Of a stretch of DNA of 64,000 bases, positions 1 to 9,383 are shown piece after piece (the stretch's first letter is position 1; every line of letters begins with the position of its first letter). Both the position numbers and the translations under genes were made by a program. The notes beneath the pieces were generated by a model. The model did no database searches. It saw only the letters and a program-made list of their open reading frames with translations, and had not been told where the DNA came from. The stretch comes from Candidatus Latescibacterota bacterium (GTDB lineage Bacteria > Latescibacterota > UBA2968 > UBA8231), in NCBI GenBank assembly GCA_965203355.1, contig OZ241889.1:992001-1056000 (forward strand), written 5' to 3'.

Positions 1-315
1 ATTCAAGATCCGCCCTTCGTAGGCTGCCAAAACTTCTGACCCCAGTTTCTTCATGTATCCGGCTAGACAAATCACCTCGACCCGGTGCCGCTGCATCGCC
101 GCCACCATCGCCTGCCCCAGCGCATCGCCGTGCGTTCGCTCGCTCAGGTGGTACGCCGCGATGTTCGCTTGCCGCGCCCGCGCCAGCGCACCCGACTGCG
201 AGTTGTTGCTAATCACCACGTGCGGCTCGGCCGCTAGCGTCCCGGTCTGACAGGCCGCGATGATCGCCTGCATGTTCGACCCGGCGTGCGAGGCGAGAAA
301 CCCCAGTTTTAGCAT
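1..315 (-). CDS. purN: Phosphoribosylglycinamide formyltransferase (5' part; runs off window)
   Basis: Manual translation MLKLGFLASHAGSNMQAII...VVISNN...ICLAGYMKKLG...GRILN matches the PurN N-terminus; ATG abuts the arsC stop. Confidence 0.93.
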   Translation of the reverse strand, partial: MLKLGFLASHAGSNMQAIIAACQTGTLAAEPHVVISNNSQSGALARARQANIAAYHLSERTHGDALGQAMVAAMQRHRVEVICLAGYMKKLGSEVLAAYEGRILN

Positions 316-663
316 TTAGAGGAGGGCCAAAACTCGTTCCGGTGGGCGCCCGATGCGCGCTTGGCTTCCCTTGACTACAATCGGCCGCTCGATCAGGATG
401 GGATGTTCCGCCATCGCCTGAATGAGCTGCGCCCGATCCGCGACTTCGGCCAGTCCGAGCGCCGCGTATTCGTCCTCTTTGGTCCGCATCAGTTCCCGGG
501 GTTCCAGTTTGAGCTTTTGCAAAAGTTCGTCTAGGGTCTCGGCGTCTGGCGGTGTCTTCAAGTACTCGACGACGTTAGCCTCGACGCCTTGCTCGGCCAA
601 GAGAGCCAACGTCTGCCGACTTTTAGCGCATCGCGGGTTGTGGTACATTGTTACTTCGGCCAT
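316..663 (-). CDS. arsC: ArsC-family arsenate reductase (glutaredoxin-type)
   Basis: C-terminal part of ORF 316..1641: YHNPRCAKSR, HPILIERPIV, IGRPPE; ATG at 663 after a GAGG RBS. Confidence 0.9.
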   Translation of the reverse strand: MAEVTMYHNPRCAKSRQTLALLAEQGVEANVVEYLKTPPDAETLDELLQKLKLEPRELMRTKEDEYAALGLAEVADRAQLIQAMAEHPILIERPIVVKGSQARIGRPPERVLALL

Positions 664-717
664 TTTCTTTCCTCGTTGAGTGTTGATTGCCACCGCCAAA
701 ACTAAGGTCTTACCCTC

Positions 718-1557
718 ATGCCTACAATAAACCAATCTAGCAGCCCCGATAGTGCGGCCGGACTGCTCAGCCCGGCGACGCCAGCCGACGCGGATTTCTT
801 TCGGCAAAACGGCTACATCCGCTACGAGCACTTCTTCTCCGCCGCGGAGATCGCCTCGCTGCGCCATGCCATTGACCACGCCATGGACACGCATCGCGCC
901 CGCATCAAAGGGGCCGAGAATGATGGCCGCGTGTCGGGAGAGTACGAGCGCGTCTTCAATCAGATGGTCAATCTCTGGACCGACTATCCGGCCGCTAAAG
1001 CGATCGCTTTCCATCCGCGCTTGGCCGAAACCGCCCGCCGCCTGAGCGGCTGCCGCCACGTGCGCATCTACCACGATCACGCGATGATCAAGCCCCCCGG
1101 CCAAACGAGCAAGGAGACGAACTGGCATCAGGACGCTCCCTATTGGCCGATGGACCCGGTGGGTGCGCTGTCGGCGTGGATCGCGGTGGACGACGTGACC
1201 GCAGACAATGGCTGCCTCCACTTTGTGCCCGGCTCTCACCAGTACGAGCGGCTCGAGCCGATCAAACTCGGCGTCGCTGGCGAGAGTATCGTCGATAAGA
1301 TGAAGGAACGGGGCTACGACGTGCCCGAGCCGGTGACCATGGACATGAAAGCTGGCGGCGTTACCTTCCACCACGGCTGCACCTTCCACTACGCCGGTCC
1401 CAACCAGACCGCTGCACCGCGCCGGGCGTTCGCCATTATCTACATGCCCGACTACACCGCGTTTACTGGGACGCACGATGCGGCTGGCGCGGCTGACGAG
1501 ATGACCGCTGGTGGCCCTTGGGACCATCCGCTGCATCCCATTCTGGCAGGTGAATGA
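718..1557 (+). CDS. Phytanoyl-CoA dioxygenase (PhyH) family Fe(II)/2OG dioxygenase
   Basis: WHQD, SAWIAVDDVTADNGCLHFVPGSH, TFHYAGPN...RRA motifs. Confidence 0.9.
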   Translation: MPTINQSSSPDSAAGLLSPATPADADFFRQNGYIRYEHFFSAAEIASLRHAIDHAMDTHRARIKGAENDGRVSGEYERVFNQMVNLWTDYPAAKAIAFHPRLAETARRLSGCRHVRIYHDHAMIKPPGQTSKETNWHQDAPYWPMDPVGALSAWIAVDDVTADNGCLHFVPGSHQYERLEPIKLGVAGESIVDKMKERGYDVPEPVTMDMKAGGVTFHHGCTFHYAGPNQTAAPRRAFAIIYMPDYTAFTGTHDAAGAADEMTAGGPWDHPLHPILAGE

Positions 1558-1594
1558 GGCCGCGGCGGCCGCGATCTGGCCGAGGGAAGTAGAA

Positions 1595-2755
1595 ATGCAG
1601 ATACAATCCATCCGCGTAGTTGATCTCAAAATTCCGCACAACCCGCCCCAAACCGCGCCGCGCCGCCCCTCTTGGAATCAGCGTGCGCCGCGTTCATTGC
1701 CGATCAACAAGTATCCAGAATTTTCGCGCCTACCCGGGCAGATGCCGGGGATGGGCGGTGGCCCGGTCTGGGTCCAAATCACCGCTGAAGACGGTACTTG
1801 GGGTTTGGGTGGTTGCTCCTTTGGCGCCCCGGTCGCTGCCATCGTCGAGCAGGTCTTCGCGCCCCTGCTGGTGGGCCGCGATTGTCTGGCCACGGAATTT
1901 CTCAACGACCTGATGTGGCGCGCTGCTCAGCGCCTCGGTCATGCTGGGACCGCCGCCGTTGCCCAAAGCGGCATTGACTTGGCGCTCTGGGACCTCAAGG
2001 GCAAGCTGCTGGGCCTGCCCGTGTACCGCTTGCTCGGTGGCCCTTGCCGCGACCACATTGAACTCTACGCCACTGGCGACGATCTCGACTGGGGCCTCGA
2101 GCTGGGGTTTAGCGCCTTCAAGGTTACCAATCCGGTCCACTACCGCGAGGGTCAAGCAGGACTCAACCGCCTTGAAGACAAGATCGCCCGGGCGCGCGAG
2201 ACTATCGGCCCGGACTGCGAGCTGATGCTCAACGCGGTCATGTCCTACAACGTCGAATACGCCATTCAAGTCGCCGAGCGGCTCAGGCCCTACCAGATGC
2301 GCTGGATTGAGGAGCCGCTGATTCCCACCGATCTCGAAGGGCACATCGCGCTCAAGCGGGCTGCTCCGTACGTGCCCATTGCCACCGGCGAGGACCACCA
2401 TGGCCGTCAGGCCTTCCGCCAGCTAGTCGAACACCGCTGCGTTGATGTGCTGCAACCGGATCTCAAGTGGTGCGGCGGTTTTTCCGAAGCAGTCAAGATC
2501 TACTACATCGCCGAAGCCGCCGGCCTTGTCACCGTGCCCCACGGTGGTGCCAACACGGCCTACGGTCAACACTTCGCCCTTGCCTTTCCCGAATCGCCGC
2601 TGGCCGAGTTCTGGCTCGGCTCGCCTCCGGGCATTCCCCTAGACGAAGTCCCCGCCATACCGGGCACAGCCGTGCCTCAAAATGGGTGCTTGGTCCCTTC
2701 GGACGCGCCGGGCTTTGGTATGGAAATAGCAGACGAGTGGATCGCACCGCGCTGA
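1595..2755 (+). CDS. Mandelate racemase/enolase superfamily, L-rhamnonate dehydratase-like
   Basis: SGIDLALWDLKGK, WIEEPL, GEDHH, LQPD, PHGG; N-terminal INKYPEF like RhmD; start re-assigned to ATG 1595. Confidence 0.85.
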   Translation: MQIQSIRVVDLKIPHNPPQTAPRRPSWNQRAPRSLPINKYPEFSRLPGQMPGMGGGPVWVQITAEDGTWGLGGCSFGAPVAAIVEQVFAPLLVGRDCLATEFLNDLMWRAAQRLGHAGTAAVAQSGIDLALWDLKGKLLGLPVYRLLGGPCRDHIELYATGDDLDWGLELGFSAFKVTNPVHYREGQAGLNRLEDKIARARETIGPDCELMLNAVMSYNVEYAIQVAERLRPYQMRWIEEPLIPTDLEGHIALKRAAPYVPIATGEDHHGRQAFRQLVEHRCVDVLQPDLKWCGGFSEAVKIYYIAEAAGLVTVPHGGANTAYGQHFALAFPESPLAEFWLGSPPGIPLDEVPAIPGTAVPQNGCLVPSDAPGFGMEIADEWIAPR

Positions 2756-2758
2756 GGC

Positions 2759-3187
2759 ATGGCTGAGCGGTTCGACTTATCCACCAGCCCCGGTGCCAGC
2801 CTGCGCCTGATTTTTGCTCTATTGGGTATTGGCCAGTTGATATTGAGCACCATCGCCTTCCAGCGCGGCGGCTTTGTGTATGGACTCGCGGTACTCGGCG
2901 GTGGGATCGCGGCGTTCTGTGCGGCAGCTTTCTTCGTCCACCGCCTCCATCGGTGCTGGGTCTGGCTGGGGCCGGCGGGCGTGACGGTCGAGGAGGGCTT
3001 GTTTGGTCGGCAGACGCTGACGTGGGCCGAGGTCAAAAAAGTGAGCCTGTCACCGGCGGCGACCGTGTTCCACGCGGCGACGGGTGAGGATATAGTTCTC
3101 CACAACACGGCCCATCAACCGCGGGCGATCGCTCCGTTTTTAACGCGATTGCGCGCCTTGGTGGCCGAGCGCGAACTGAACGGTTAG
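2759..3187 (+). CDS. Hypothetical membrane protein (two TM helices plus a PH-like C-terminus)
   Basis: Two hydrophobic stretches, then GVTV..GLFG..TLTW.EV; starts 3 bp after the upstream stop. Confidence 0.6.
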   Translation: MAERFDLSTSPGASLRLIFALLGIGQLILSTIAFQRGGFVYGLAVLGGGIAAFCAAAFFVHRLHRCWVWLGPAGVTVEEGLFGRQTLTWAEVKKVSLSPAATVFHAATGEDIVLHNTAHQPRAIAPFLTRLRALVAERELNG

Positions 3188-3188
3188 C

Positions 3189-3632
3189 CTACTCGGCCGC
3201 CTCTTTTTGCTTGGCTTGGGCGGCGAGGTGCGTTGTGATTTTGCCGACGATCTCAGCCGCGGAGTTTTGCTTGGTCACCGTTTCTAGCAGGGTGCGGTCT
3301 TGGGCGTTGATGAGTAGGACGAGGCCGGTTTTGTTATTGGCCTTGAAGTGGTCTTCCACGCCGAGGGCGGCGGCAAGCAAGCGGGCTTGGGATGTCAACG
3401 TCGAGTCGGTAACGTCCAGTTGGACGAAGAGGACGGGCTGATCGGCCACCCCGGCTTGGACTTCTTTGAGGATTGGCCCGAGGGCGGTGCAGGAGCCGCA
3501 CCAATCGGCGTGGACCTTGACAACATACAAGGCCGGGTCGCCTTTGCCTTCTACCGAGACGGTGCCGGCGAAAGTGGGGGCTGGGGCTAGCAAAAAGGCC
3601 AAGCCGGTGAGTGCGATGACGCATTTCAGCAT
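3189..3632 (-). CDS. Exported thioredoxin-like protein
   Basis: Signal peptide MLKCVIALTGLAFLLAPAPTFA; HADWCGSC CxxC motif; RBS GGAG before ATG 3632. Confidence 0.8.
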   Translation of the reverse strand: MLKCVIALTGLAFLLAPAPTFAGTVSVEGKGDPALYVVKVHADWCGSCTALGPILKEVQAGVADQPVLFVQLDVTDSTLTSQARLLAAALGVEDHFKANNKTGLVLLINAQDRTLLETVTKQNSAAEIVGKITTHLAAQAKQKEAAE

Positions 3633-3675
3633 GATTTGCTCCTGTTTGGAAAAGTTGTTGGGGTCAGTCCGTCGA

Positions 3676-3703
3676 AAGACGCCCTGACTCGTTGGGAAGT
3701 TCC
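3676..3703 (-). promoter_or_regulatory. Putative ECF (sigmaE-type) promoter for the thioredoxin gene
   Basis: Minus strand reads GGAACTT-N16-GTCTT, about 45 bp upstream of the start. Confidence 0.5.
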
Positions 3704-3873
3704 TCGCTTGCATTTTCAACTGTGGCTAGGCAGGCAATGGACGCGCGTAGAACTCGACGACATGAGTGAGGCAGAAGCGACATTGTACCGGCCGTACGCC
3801 TCTTTGTGATCCTCCGGCAATTTGGTATCATTGTAACCTTTCAACAAGCGATGTGCAACCAGAGGAGCCTCCG

Positions 3874-4878
3874 GTGAAAATCACTCAAGTAGAGCTGTAC
3901 GAAGTCGAAATTCCGCCGATTCCGGTGATCGCCCGCTACTTTCCCAAGATCTACGACATTACCCTCTGTCGCATCCAAACGGACGAGGGCTTAGAGGGCT
4001 GGGGTGAGTTCCTCAGCAAAAAGTCTGCTGGTCAAGATCAAGCCGACGCGCTCGTGGGCCAAGACCCGCTGGCCTTGGACCCGTACAATCGTCCTGACGC
4101 TTTCACCTGTGCGCTGCTCGACATTGCGGGCCAAGCCTACGGCATCCCGCTCCACCGCTTCTTCGGGGCGCAGGTGCGCGACAAGGTGCCGGTGTCGTAT
4201 TGGTCGTGTCCCATGACGCCAGAAGAGACTGCGGCCGCGGCGGAAATAGGGGCCGAGCTGGGCTTTAGCAACCACAAGCTCAAGGCGCGATCGTGGAATA
4301 TCGTCGAGACAGTGCGGCTAATAAAAGAAGCGGCGGGTGCCGACTACACGGTCGGCGTTGATCCGAATACTGAATTTGCCCTGTTGCCCAAGGCCGCGCG
4401 CTTGGCGAGCGAATTGGAGCCTTTTGGCACGGTGTCGGTCTTTGAAGATCCCATGCTCAAAAACAATCTCGAATGGTACCGCATCCTGCGCGAGAAGACG
4501 CACATTCCCATCGCTTTGCACTTGGGAGCACCATCGGGTGTGCTGGCGGCGCTCAAGGCCGATTGTATTGACTACGTGAACTTGGGTGGCCCGGCACTGC
4601 AAGTGCGGAAGGCCGCGGCACTGGCGGAGGCTGCGGACGTGCCCTGCTGGGTCCAAATGGGCGGTTTGTGTACCGGGGTGTTGGCGGCCTATTCAGTGCA
4701 TTTGCAAGCGACGCTGCCCAACGCCACGCTGCCCTGCGACGAGCTACCTTTTACGCGGGAGGCCGATGTTGTGGCCGAGGGGCTGGCACTGGAGAAGGGA
4801 CACTTTATCGTGCCCACAAGGTCGGGGTTGGGGATCAAGGTCGATATGGAGGTGGTGGAGCGCTATCGCGTCGCTTGA
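3874..4878 (+). CDS. Mandelate racemase/muconate lactonizing enzyme family protein
   Basis: MKITQVE, ALLDIAGQAYGIPLH, HKLK, VDPN, FEDP, PTRSGLGIKVD; GTG after GAGGAG. Confidence 0.85.
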   Translation: MKITQVELYEVEIPPIPVIARYFPKIYDITLCRIQTDEGLEGWGEFLSKKSAGQDQADALVGQDPLALDPYNRPDAFTCALLDIAGQAYGIPLHRFFGAQVRDKVPVSYWSCPMTPEETAAAAEIGAELGFSNHKLKARSWNIVETVRLIKEAAGADYTVGVDPNTEFALLPKAARLASELEPFGTVSVFEDPMLKNNLEWYRILREKTHIPIALHLGAPSGVLAALKADCIDYVNLGGPALQVRKAAALAEAADVPCWVQMGGLCTGVLAAYSVHLQATLPNATLPCDELPFTREADVVAEGLALEKGHFIVPTRSGLGIKVDMEVVERYRVA

Positions 4879-4932
4879 GATGTGCTCCGCAATCGCCGTT
4901 TGCAACCAAGAGTTTTATAGGAATGAAAAAAT

Positions 4933-5883
4933 ATGAAGCTGTTGACCAATGACTCATTCGAGAAGGCGAGAACTTTCGTGATGGAGCAGGGTCGGGAGTT
5001 AGAAAGGCGGCTTCTATCGTACTATTTCGACGATGGAACTCCAGCCGCCGTCTTGGACGAACTCGCTAGCTATCAGAATCGAGATGGCGGTTTCGGCAAC
5101 GGCCTTGAACCCGATATCCAACTGCCCGATTCATCCGTTATCACGACGACCCTTGCGCTGCGCATTCTCAGAGAGGTCAAAGCGACGAGTAAAGATGAGA
5201 TTGTTCGCCAGGCGATCCAGTATTTGCTGGCCGAATGCGATTCGGCCCAGAGCCGCTGGCCGATCGTTCCGCAAGCGGTGGATGAATACCCCCATGCGCC
5301 ATGGTGGAATTTTGAGAATACGGCGGATACTTTTGGCGGTTTCCTGACCAACCCTCGGGCGGAGATCGTGGGCTATCTTCATGAATATCGCGAGTTGGCA
5401 CCTACAGACCTGATTAAACGGCTCACTGTAGAGGTCATAGAGCATGTAAAAACACTACCAGATGAGATGGACATGTACGATTTTATTTGCTGTGTTCATC
5501 TGGTTGAGACGACTGCTCTGCCTCAATCCGCGAAAGACACGCTGGCGAAAATACTAATTCGGCGTGTGCATTCTGTCGTCGTTCATACGCCGGAAGAATT
5601 GATGCAACCCGCTGCCAGACCGCTCTGGTTAGCGCCTACGCCCACCTCGTTGCTAGCTGAGACCCTGAAGGGCGAAATAGATATGAATCTGGACTTCGAT
5701 GTTAAACATCAGAACTCAGATGGATCTTGGTCGCCTACTTGGACTTGGTATGGCCAGTATCCAGAATTTTGGCAACAAGCCGAACAGCATTGGAAGAGCT
5801 GTTTGACTGTTGAAACACTAAAGGCGTTGAAAGAATTCGGGCGGATTGAAGGTCATCGCCACTGGTATCAGCAACGGCAATGA
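4933..5883 (+). CDS. Prenyltransferase/squalene-cyclase repeat (alpha/alpha toroid) protein, function unknown
   Basis: YQNRDGGFGNGLEPD and QNSDGSW QW-type repeats; PHAPWW. Confidence 0.7.
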   Translation: MKLLTNDSFEKARTFVMEQGRELERRLLSYYFDDGTPAAVLDELASYQNRDGGFGNGLEPDIQLPDSSVITTTLALRILREVKATSKDEIVRQAIQYLLAECDSAQSRWPIVPQAVDEYPHAPWWNFENTADTFGGFLTNPRAEIVGYLHEYRELAPTDLIKRLTVEVIEHVKTLPDEMDMYDFICCVHLVETTALPQSAKDTLAKILIRRVHSVVVHTPEELMQPAARPLWLAPTPTSLLAETLKGEIDMNLDFDVKHQNSDGSWSPTWTWYGQYPEFWQQAEQHWKSCLTVETLKALKEFGRIEGHRHWYQQRQ

Positions 5884-5895
5884 GGAGGAGTCGAG

Positions 5896-6237
5896 ATGAT
5901 GTTTAGGATTCGCCGATATCAGGTCGTCCCCGGTAAGACGGAAGCGTTCAACGACTTCTTCTTAACGAGACTATTTCCCGTTCAGAAGAGATACGGTGCC
6001 CGTCTCGTCGGTCGTTTTCAAACAGACGATGGGCGCCAGATTATCGCTATCTGGGTTTACCGGAGCTTTGAGCATTACAAAAAAGTGCAGAGCTTAGTCG
6101 CCGCGGATGCCGACTCGATGGCGGCCCAAGAACACCGACGACAAGTATTGGATCCGATCTTCACGGAGACGGATGAGTCTTTCATGAGTTCAACGGTACC
6201 AATTGCATTGACGGAACTTTCTCATTTGGAAGCGTGA
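5896..6237 (+). CDS. NIPSNAP family protein
   Basis: RIRRYQVVPGK...KRYGARLVGRF...IAIWVY; strong RBS GAGGAG. Confidence 0.75.
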   Translation: MMFRIRRYQVVPGKTEAFNDFFLTRLFPVQKRYGARLVGRFQTDDGRQIIAIWVYRSFEHYKKVQSLVAADADSMAAQEHRRQVLDPIFTETDESFMSSTVPIALTELSHLEA

Positions 6238-6247
6238 ACGCATCTCA

Positions 6248-6391
6248 GAAGCGTTTTTAAGATTCCTCTTATTGCCCTTTGCGTCAAAAAAGAACCTAGT
6301 AGCAATGGCGTCTCGCCTTCGGAAAACGCCCGATCCAGGAACCGCTCGACGGCCCGTTGAAGTAGTTCGACGAGAATTTTAAAAACGCATC
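6248..6391. mobile_element. MITE copy 1 (non-autonomous; IS5/IS1031-like ends)
   Basis: 17-bp imperfect TIRs GAAGCGTTTTTAAGATT / AATTTTAAAAACGCATC, flanked by TCA on both sides; second copy at 28743. Confidence 0.8.
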
Positions 6392-6410
6392 TCAAGCCGA
6401 AAAAAGAAAA

Positions 6411-7232
6411 ATGAAACGCGACCATCGGCTCCAGCTAATCGCCTATCTGACGATCGCCTTTTGGGCCGTTGTTTTTTTGCAGGCACCCATTCCGCAAGAC
6501 CCGGCCTATCACCAGTTCGCCGATCAGCGCACCTTGTTGGGTATCCCCCATTGTCTGAACGCGATCTCCAACCTGCCGTTTCTGTTGGTGGGATTATGGG
6601 GATTCAGTGTTGTTTTTCGCCTCGCTACAGATCCCGCGCAACAGGCGTTTGTGCGCCCGGTCGACTCGCTGGCGTATCAGATCCTCTTTGTCGCGGTGGC
6701 GCTGGTTGGCCTCGGATCTACCTACTATCACCTAGCCCCCAGTAACGAAACGCTTCTTTGGGATCGCCTGCCGATGAGCATTGCCTTTATGGCGTTTCTC
6801 GCTACTGCGATCACCGAGCGTTTGGACCGGCGCGCTGGCATCATCACTTTGTTGCCGCTGATCGCCTTCGGCCTTTTCAGCGTGTTGTACTGGCACTATA
6901 CCGAACGGGCCGGCGCTGGCGATCTTCGTTATTACATCATCGCCCAAGCCTACCCGATTTTATTCGTGCCTCTCATGGTTCGTCTGCTGCCGTCGCCGTA
7001 CACGCGCGGGTCCGATCTCTACATCGCCGGCCTGTTTTATCTGCTCGCGAAGGTCGCCGAGATGTTTGACCAAGATCTCTATGCGGTCGGCGGATTGATC
7101 AGCGGTCATACGTACAAGCATCTGCTTGGTGCCTTGGGAGCCTATTGGGTGCTGCGGATGATTCGGCGGCGGCGGCTCAGCCAATCCCAACCTGCGACTT
7201 TCCGCAGCAATTCCATCCTCTCCGGGATGTGA
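6411..7232 (+). CDS. Alkaline (phyto)ceramidase-like CREST membrane hydrolase
   Basis: IPQDPAYHQFADQR, SNLPF, GSTYYH, WDRLPM, GHTYKH; multiple TM helices. Confidence 0.85.
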   Translation: MKRDHRLQLIAYLTIAFWAVVFLQAPIPQDPAYHQFADQRTLLGIPHCLNAISNLPFLLVGLWGFSVVFRLATDPAQQAFVRPVDSLAYQILFVAVALVGLGSTYYHLAPSNETLLWDRLPMSIAFMAFLATAITERLDRRAGIITLLPLIAFGLFSVLYWHYTERAGAGDLRYYIIAQAYPILFVPLMVRLLPSPYTRGSDLYIAGLFYLLAKVAEMFDQDLYAVGGLISGHTYKHLLGALGAYWVLRMIRRRRLSQSQPATFRSNSILSGM

Positions 7233-8122
7233 TAGTTCAATAGCAGGCGTCGTAGCACCGCTACTGTTAGAAACCACCGGAGGACGCCGTCTTTTTCAAA
7301 GGGTGCAGGCTTGTCGGTTGCCGCGATATACGCCTCGATAAAATGCTTGGCGAGGTCCAGCGATACTTCGGGGAAAAGACATTCCCGACCGCCGAATTGA
7401 AGTGCCGCAAATGCCACATCGTAGAGCGAGTAGTCAATGACAGCCATGTCGAAGTCCCACACTGTGGCGATCTTCGACGCCCGTATCCGCAAGTTGGCAG
7501 GGCGGTAGTCTTGGTGTGTGATCGACAGCATGCCCCACTCATCGCATAGTGACTTTACGGCGGCGGCGTTGGACTGTATGAAGCGGAGTTGCGAGCGAAG
7601 GAATGCTGCGTCATCATCGCTTAGATCGTTCCATTGGAAAGCGCTGGCAATTTTAGCAGCCAATTCAGCCCATCTGGTCGAAGGTACGTAGTACCAACCC
7701 AAGTCTTCTCTTGCTGATTCGGCTCGGAGTTCACTTCCGTAGTTGCGACCTGCTAAGTGCAATGCCGCTAGCGTCTGGGCTGCCTCGGTAATCAGCTCAC
7801 GTGAGCCCCACGGAGGGTGATCGACGGATGGCATGTAGGAGTTCAGCACCCACCAGTCTTCTCCGACTCGGTAGCAGTACTTTCCATCCAGCGTCTGAAT
7901 CGGCAGTGAAACTTGTCTAAAGCCGTTGTAATTGAGGACTTCCATTAGCTGGAATTGATAGCTCTTGGCCATTCTGTCTGCTTGGAATGGAGAGCAGGAC
8001 AGGACGAATCGTCCTTGGGACGATTCTACGAAGAAGTGATTGCTGAAATGCGTGCGCGATTCAACCAACCGCAGCCCATTGAGACCGTAGGCGGCGGTGG
8101 CGACGTCGTTCCAGCCGGTCAC
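7142..8122 (-). CDS. Aminoglycoside/homoserine-kinase type II phosphotransferase family protein
   Basis: LAALH, catalytic HQDYRPANL, WDFD, YDVA; AT-richer composition. Confidence 0.75.
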   Translation of the reverse strand: MTGWNDVATAAYGLNGLRLVESRTHFSNHFFVESSQGRFVLSCSPFQADRMAKSYQFQLMEVLNYNGFRQVSLPIQTLDGKYCYRVGEDWWVLNSYMPSVDHPPWGSRELITEAAQTLAALHLAGRNYGSELRAESAREDLGWYYVPSTRWAELAAKIASAFQWNDLSDDDAAFLRSQLRFIQSNAAAVKSLCDEWGMLSITHQDYRPANLRIRASKIATVWDFDMAVIDYSLYDVAFAALQFGGRECLFPEVSLDLAKHFIEAYIAATDKPAPFEKDGVLRWFLTVAVLRRLLLNYHIPERMELLRKVAGWDWLSRRRRIIRSTQ

Positions 8123-8327
8123 GTATAGCCGCCTGCGGCCGGGCTTGAAACGGCCAAGATTCCTACGATCGGCAGGAGGCGCATTTCACGTACCTTTCGG
8201 TTGGTCGTAGGCGCGCATACTACCGTGCAGTGCAAAACTGCGATTGAATTGTCCACAGTGCCGCCATTTCAGGTTGCTGGTCCACGCTGGTGTCTATCCG
8301 GAAAAGGTGTTGTGATTTGCGGAGTTG

Positions 8328-9113
8328 TTACCGCCATTTCAGGAGGAATATCATTTCGGGTGCCTCGGGCCCTATCGGTATCCGAGCAAATGATCCGAAT
8401 TCTCCTACACTTTCAAGACCCACAGCTTGAAAAAGAAGTTTAAGGTGAGGATACGTATAGAAACTCATCTTTAATGACTGTACTTCCTCAGACAGGACTT
8501 TGTTACCCTCGCACAATCGGAAGATAAACCGGCCCGAGAAATTCAGGTTGATCAGGTCAATCTCGTCCTTTACAAAGTACCGTCGAATGATCCGATCCGT
8601 CCCATCTTGTGCAGGCCACTCGAATTCCAAGAACTCTTCGCCGACGCCCGATATAATTTTGTCGAAGCGGGGATTGAACACATCAAAGGCGAGGATACCA
8701 CCATTTGCCAAATGCCGTCTAGCGTTTTTCAGGGCTGCCAGTTGATCTTCCGTAGTGTACATATGCTGCATGGGTCTGAATGGAATTACTACCAAGGAAA
8801 ATTGATCGCCCAAGTAATGGGTGCGAAAGTCTCCTTCTACGACGCGCGTTCTCCGCCTTACGCTGTCGCTTTCTTTGGCGAGCTTTGCCCGCAAGACTTC
8901 CAGCATGGAATGAGAAGCATCCATCCCGGTGACATCCACGCCTTGTCTCGCCAGTGGCAAGGTAATTCTCCCAGTGCCGCAACCAAATTCGAGGACCGGC
9001 CCACCATACTCATTGGCTAGATCGAGATAGAAATCTCTATTCACCAGATTGTCTTTGACACTGTATGCAGCGTCGTAGTACTTCGCTCCTGAACTATAGG
9101 AATCATCAAGCAT
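8328..9113 (-). CDS. Class I SAM-dependent methyltransferase
   Basis: VLEFGCGTGRI, GMDASHSML, EGDFR, HLANGGILAFD; start ATG 9113. Confidence 0.9.
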   Translation of the reverse strand: MLDDSYSSGAKYYDAAYSVKDNLVNRDFYLDLANEYGGPVLEFGCGTGRITLPLARQGVDVTGMDASHSMLEVLRAKLAKESDSVRRRTRVVEGDFRTHYLGDQFSLVVIPFRPMQHMYTTEDQLAALKNARRHLANGGILAFDVFNPRFDKIISGVGEEFLEFEWPAQDGTDRIIRRYFVKDEIDLINLNFSGRFIFRLCEGNKVLSEEVQSLKMSFYTYPHLKLLFQAVGLESVGEFGSFARIPIGPEAPEMIFLLKWR

Positions 9114-9383
9114 GGTTAGAGTCAATCTCCATTTCAGGTAATGTCTGACACTTGGACTTTCGCCGTCTCGTACGCTCGGAACGGCTCTGTTATCGCGCAT
9201 TGTCGTGTTGTTAGAACGGAATCGGATGAAAAGGTATGGCTCTTGATGTACAGTCGCAATCGCAACGAGCCCCGGCGGCACACGCGAGGTCTTCTCTAAC
9301 TCAGTATCCGCACAACCGTTTGTTGACGTTACTACTTCTGTTGTATAAACTCGATGCTCGCAATGTAGAAGGATCTCCAAAAT

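Noticed and set aside
664-1641. Long N-terminal extension of arsC (ORF 316..1641)
   Set aside because: Antisense shadow of the PhyH gene; arsC has its own RBS and ATG at 663
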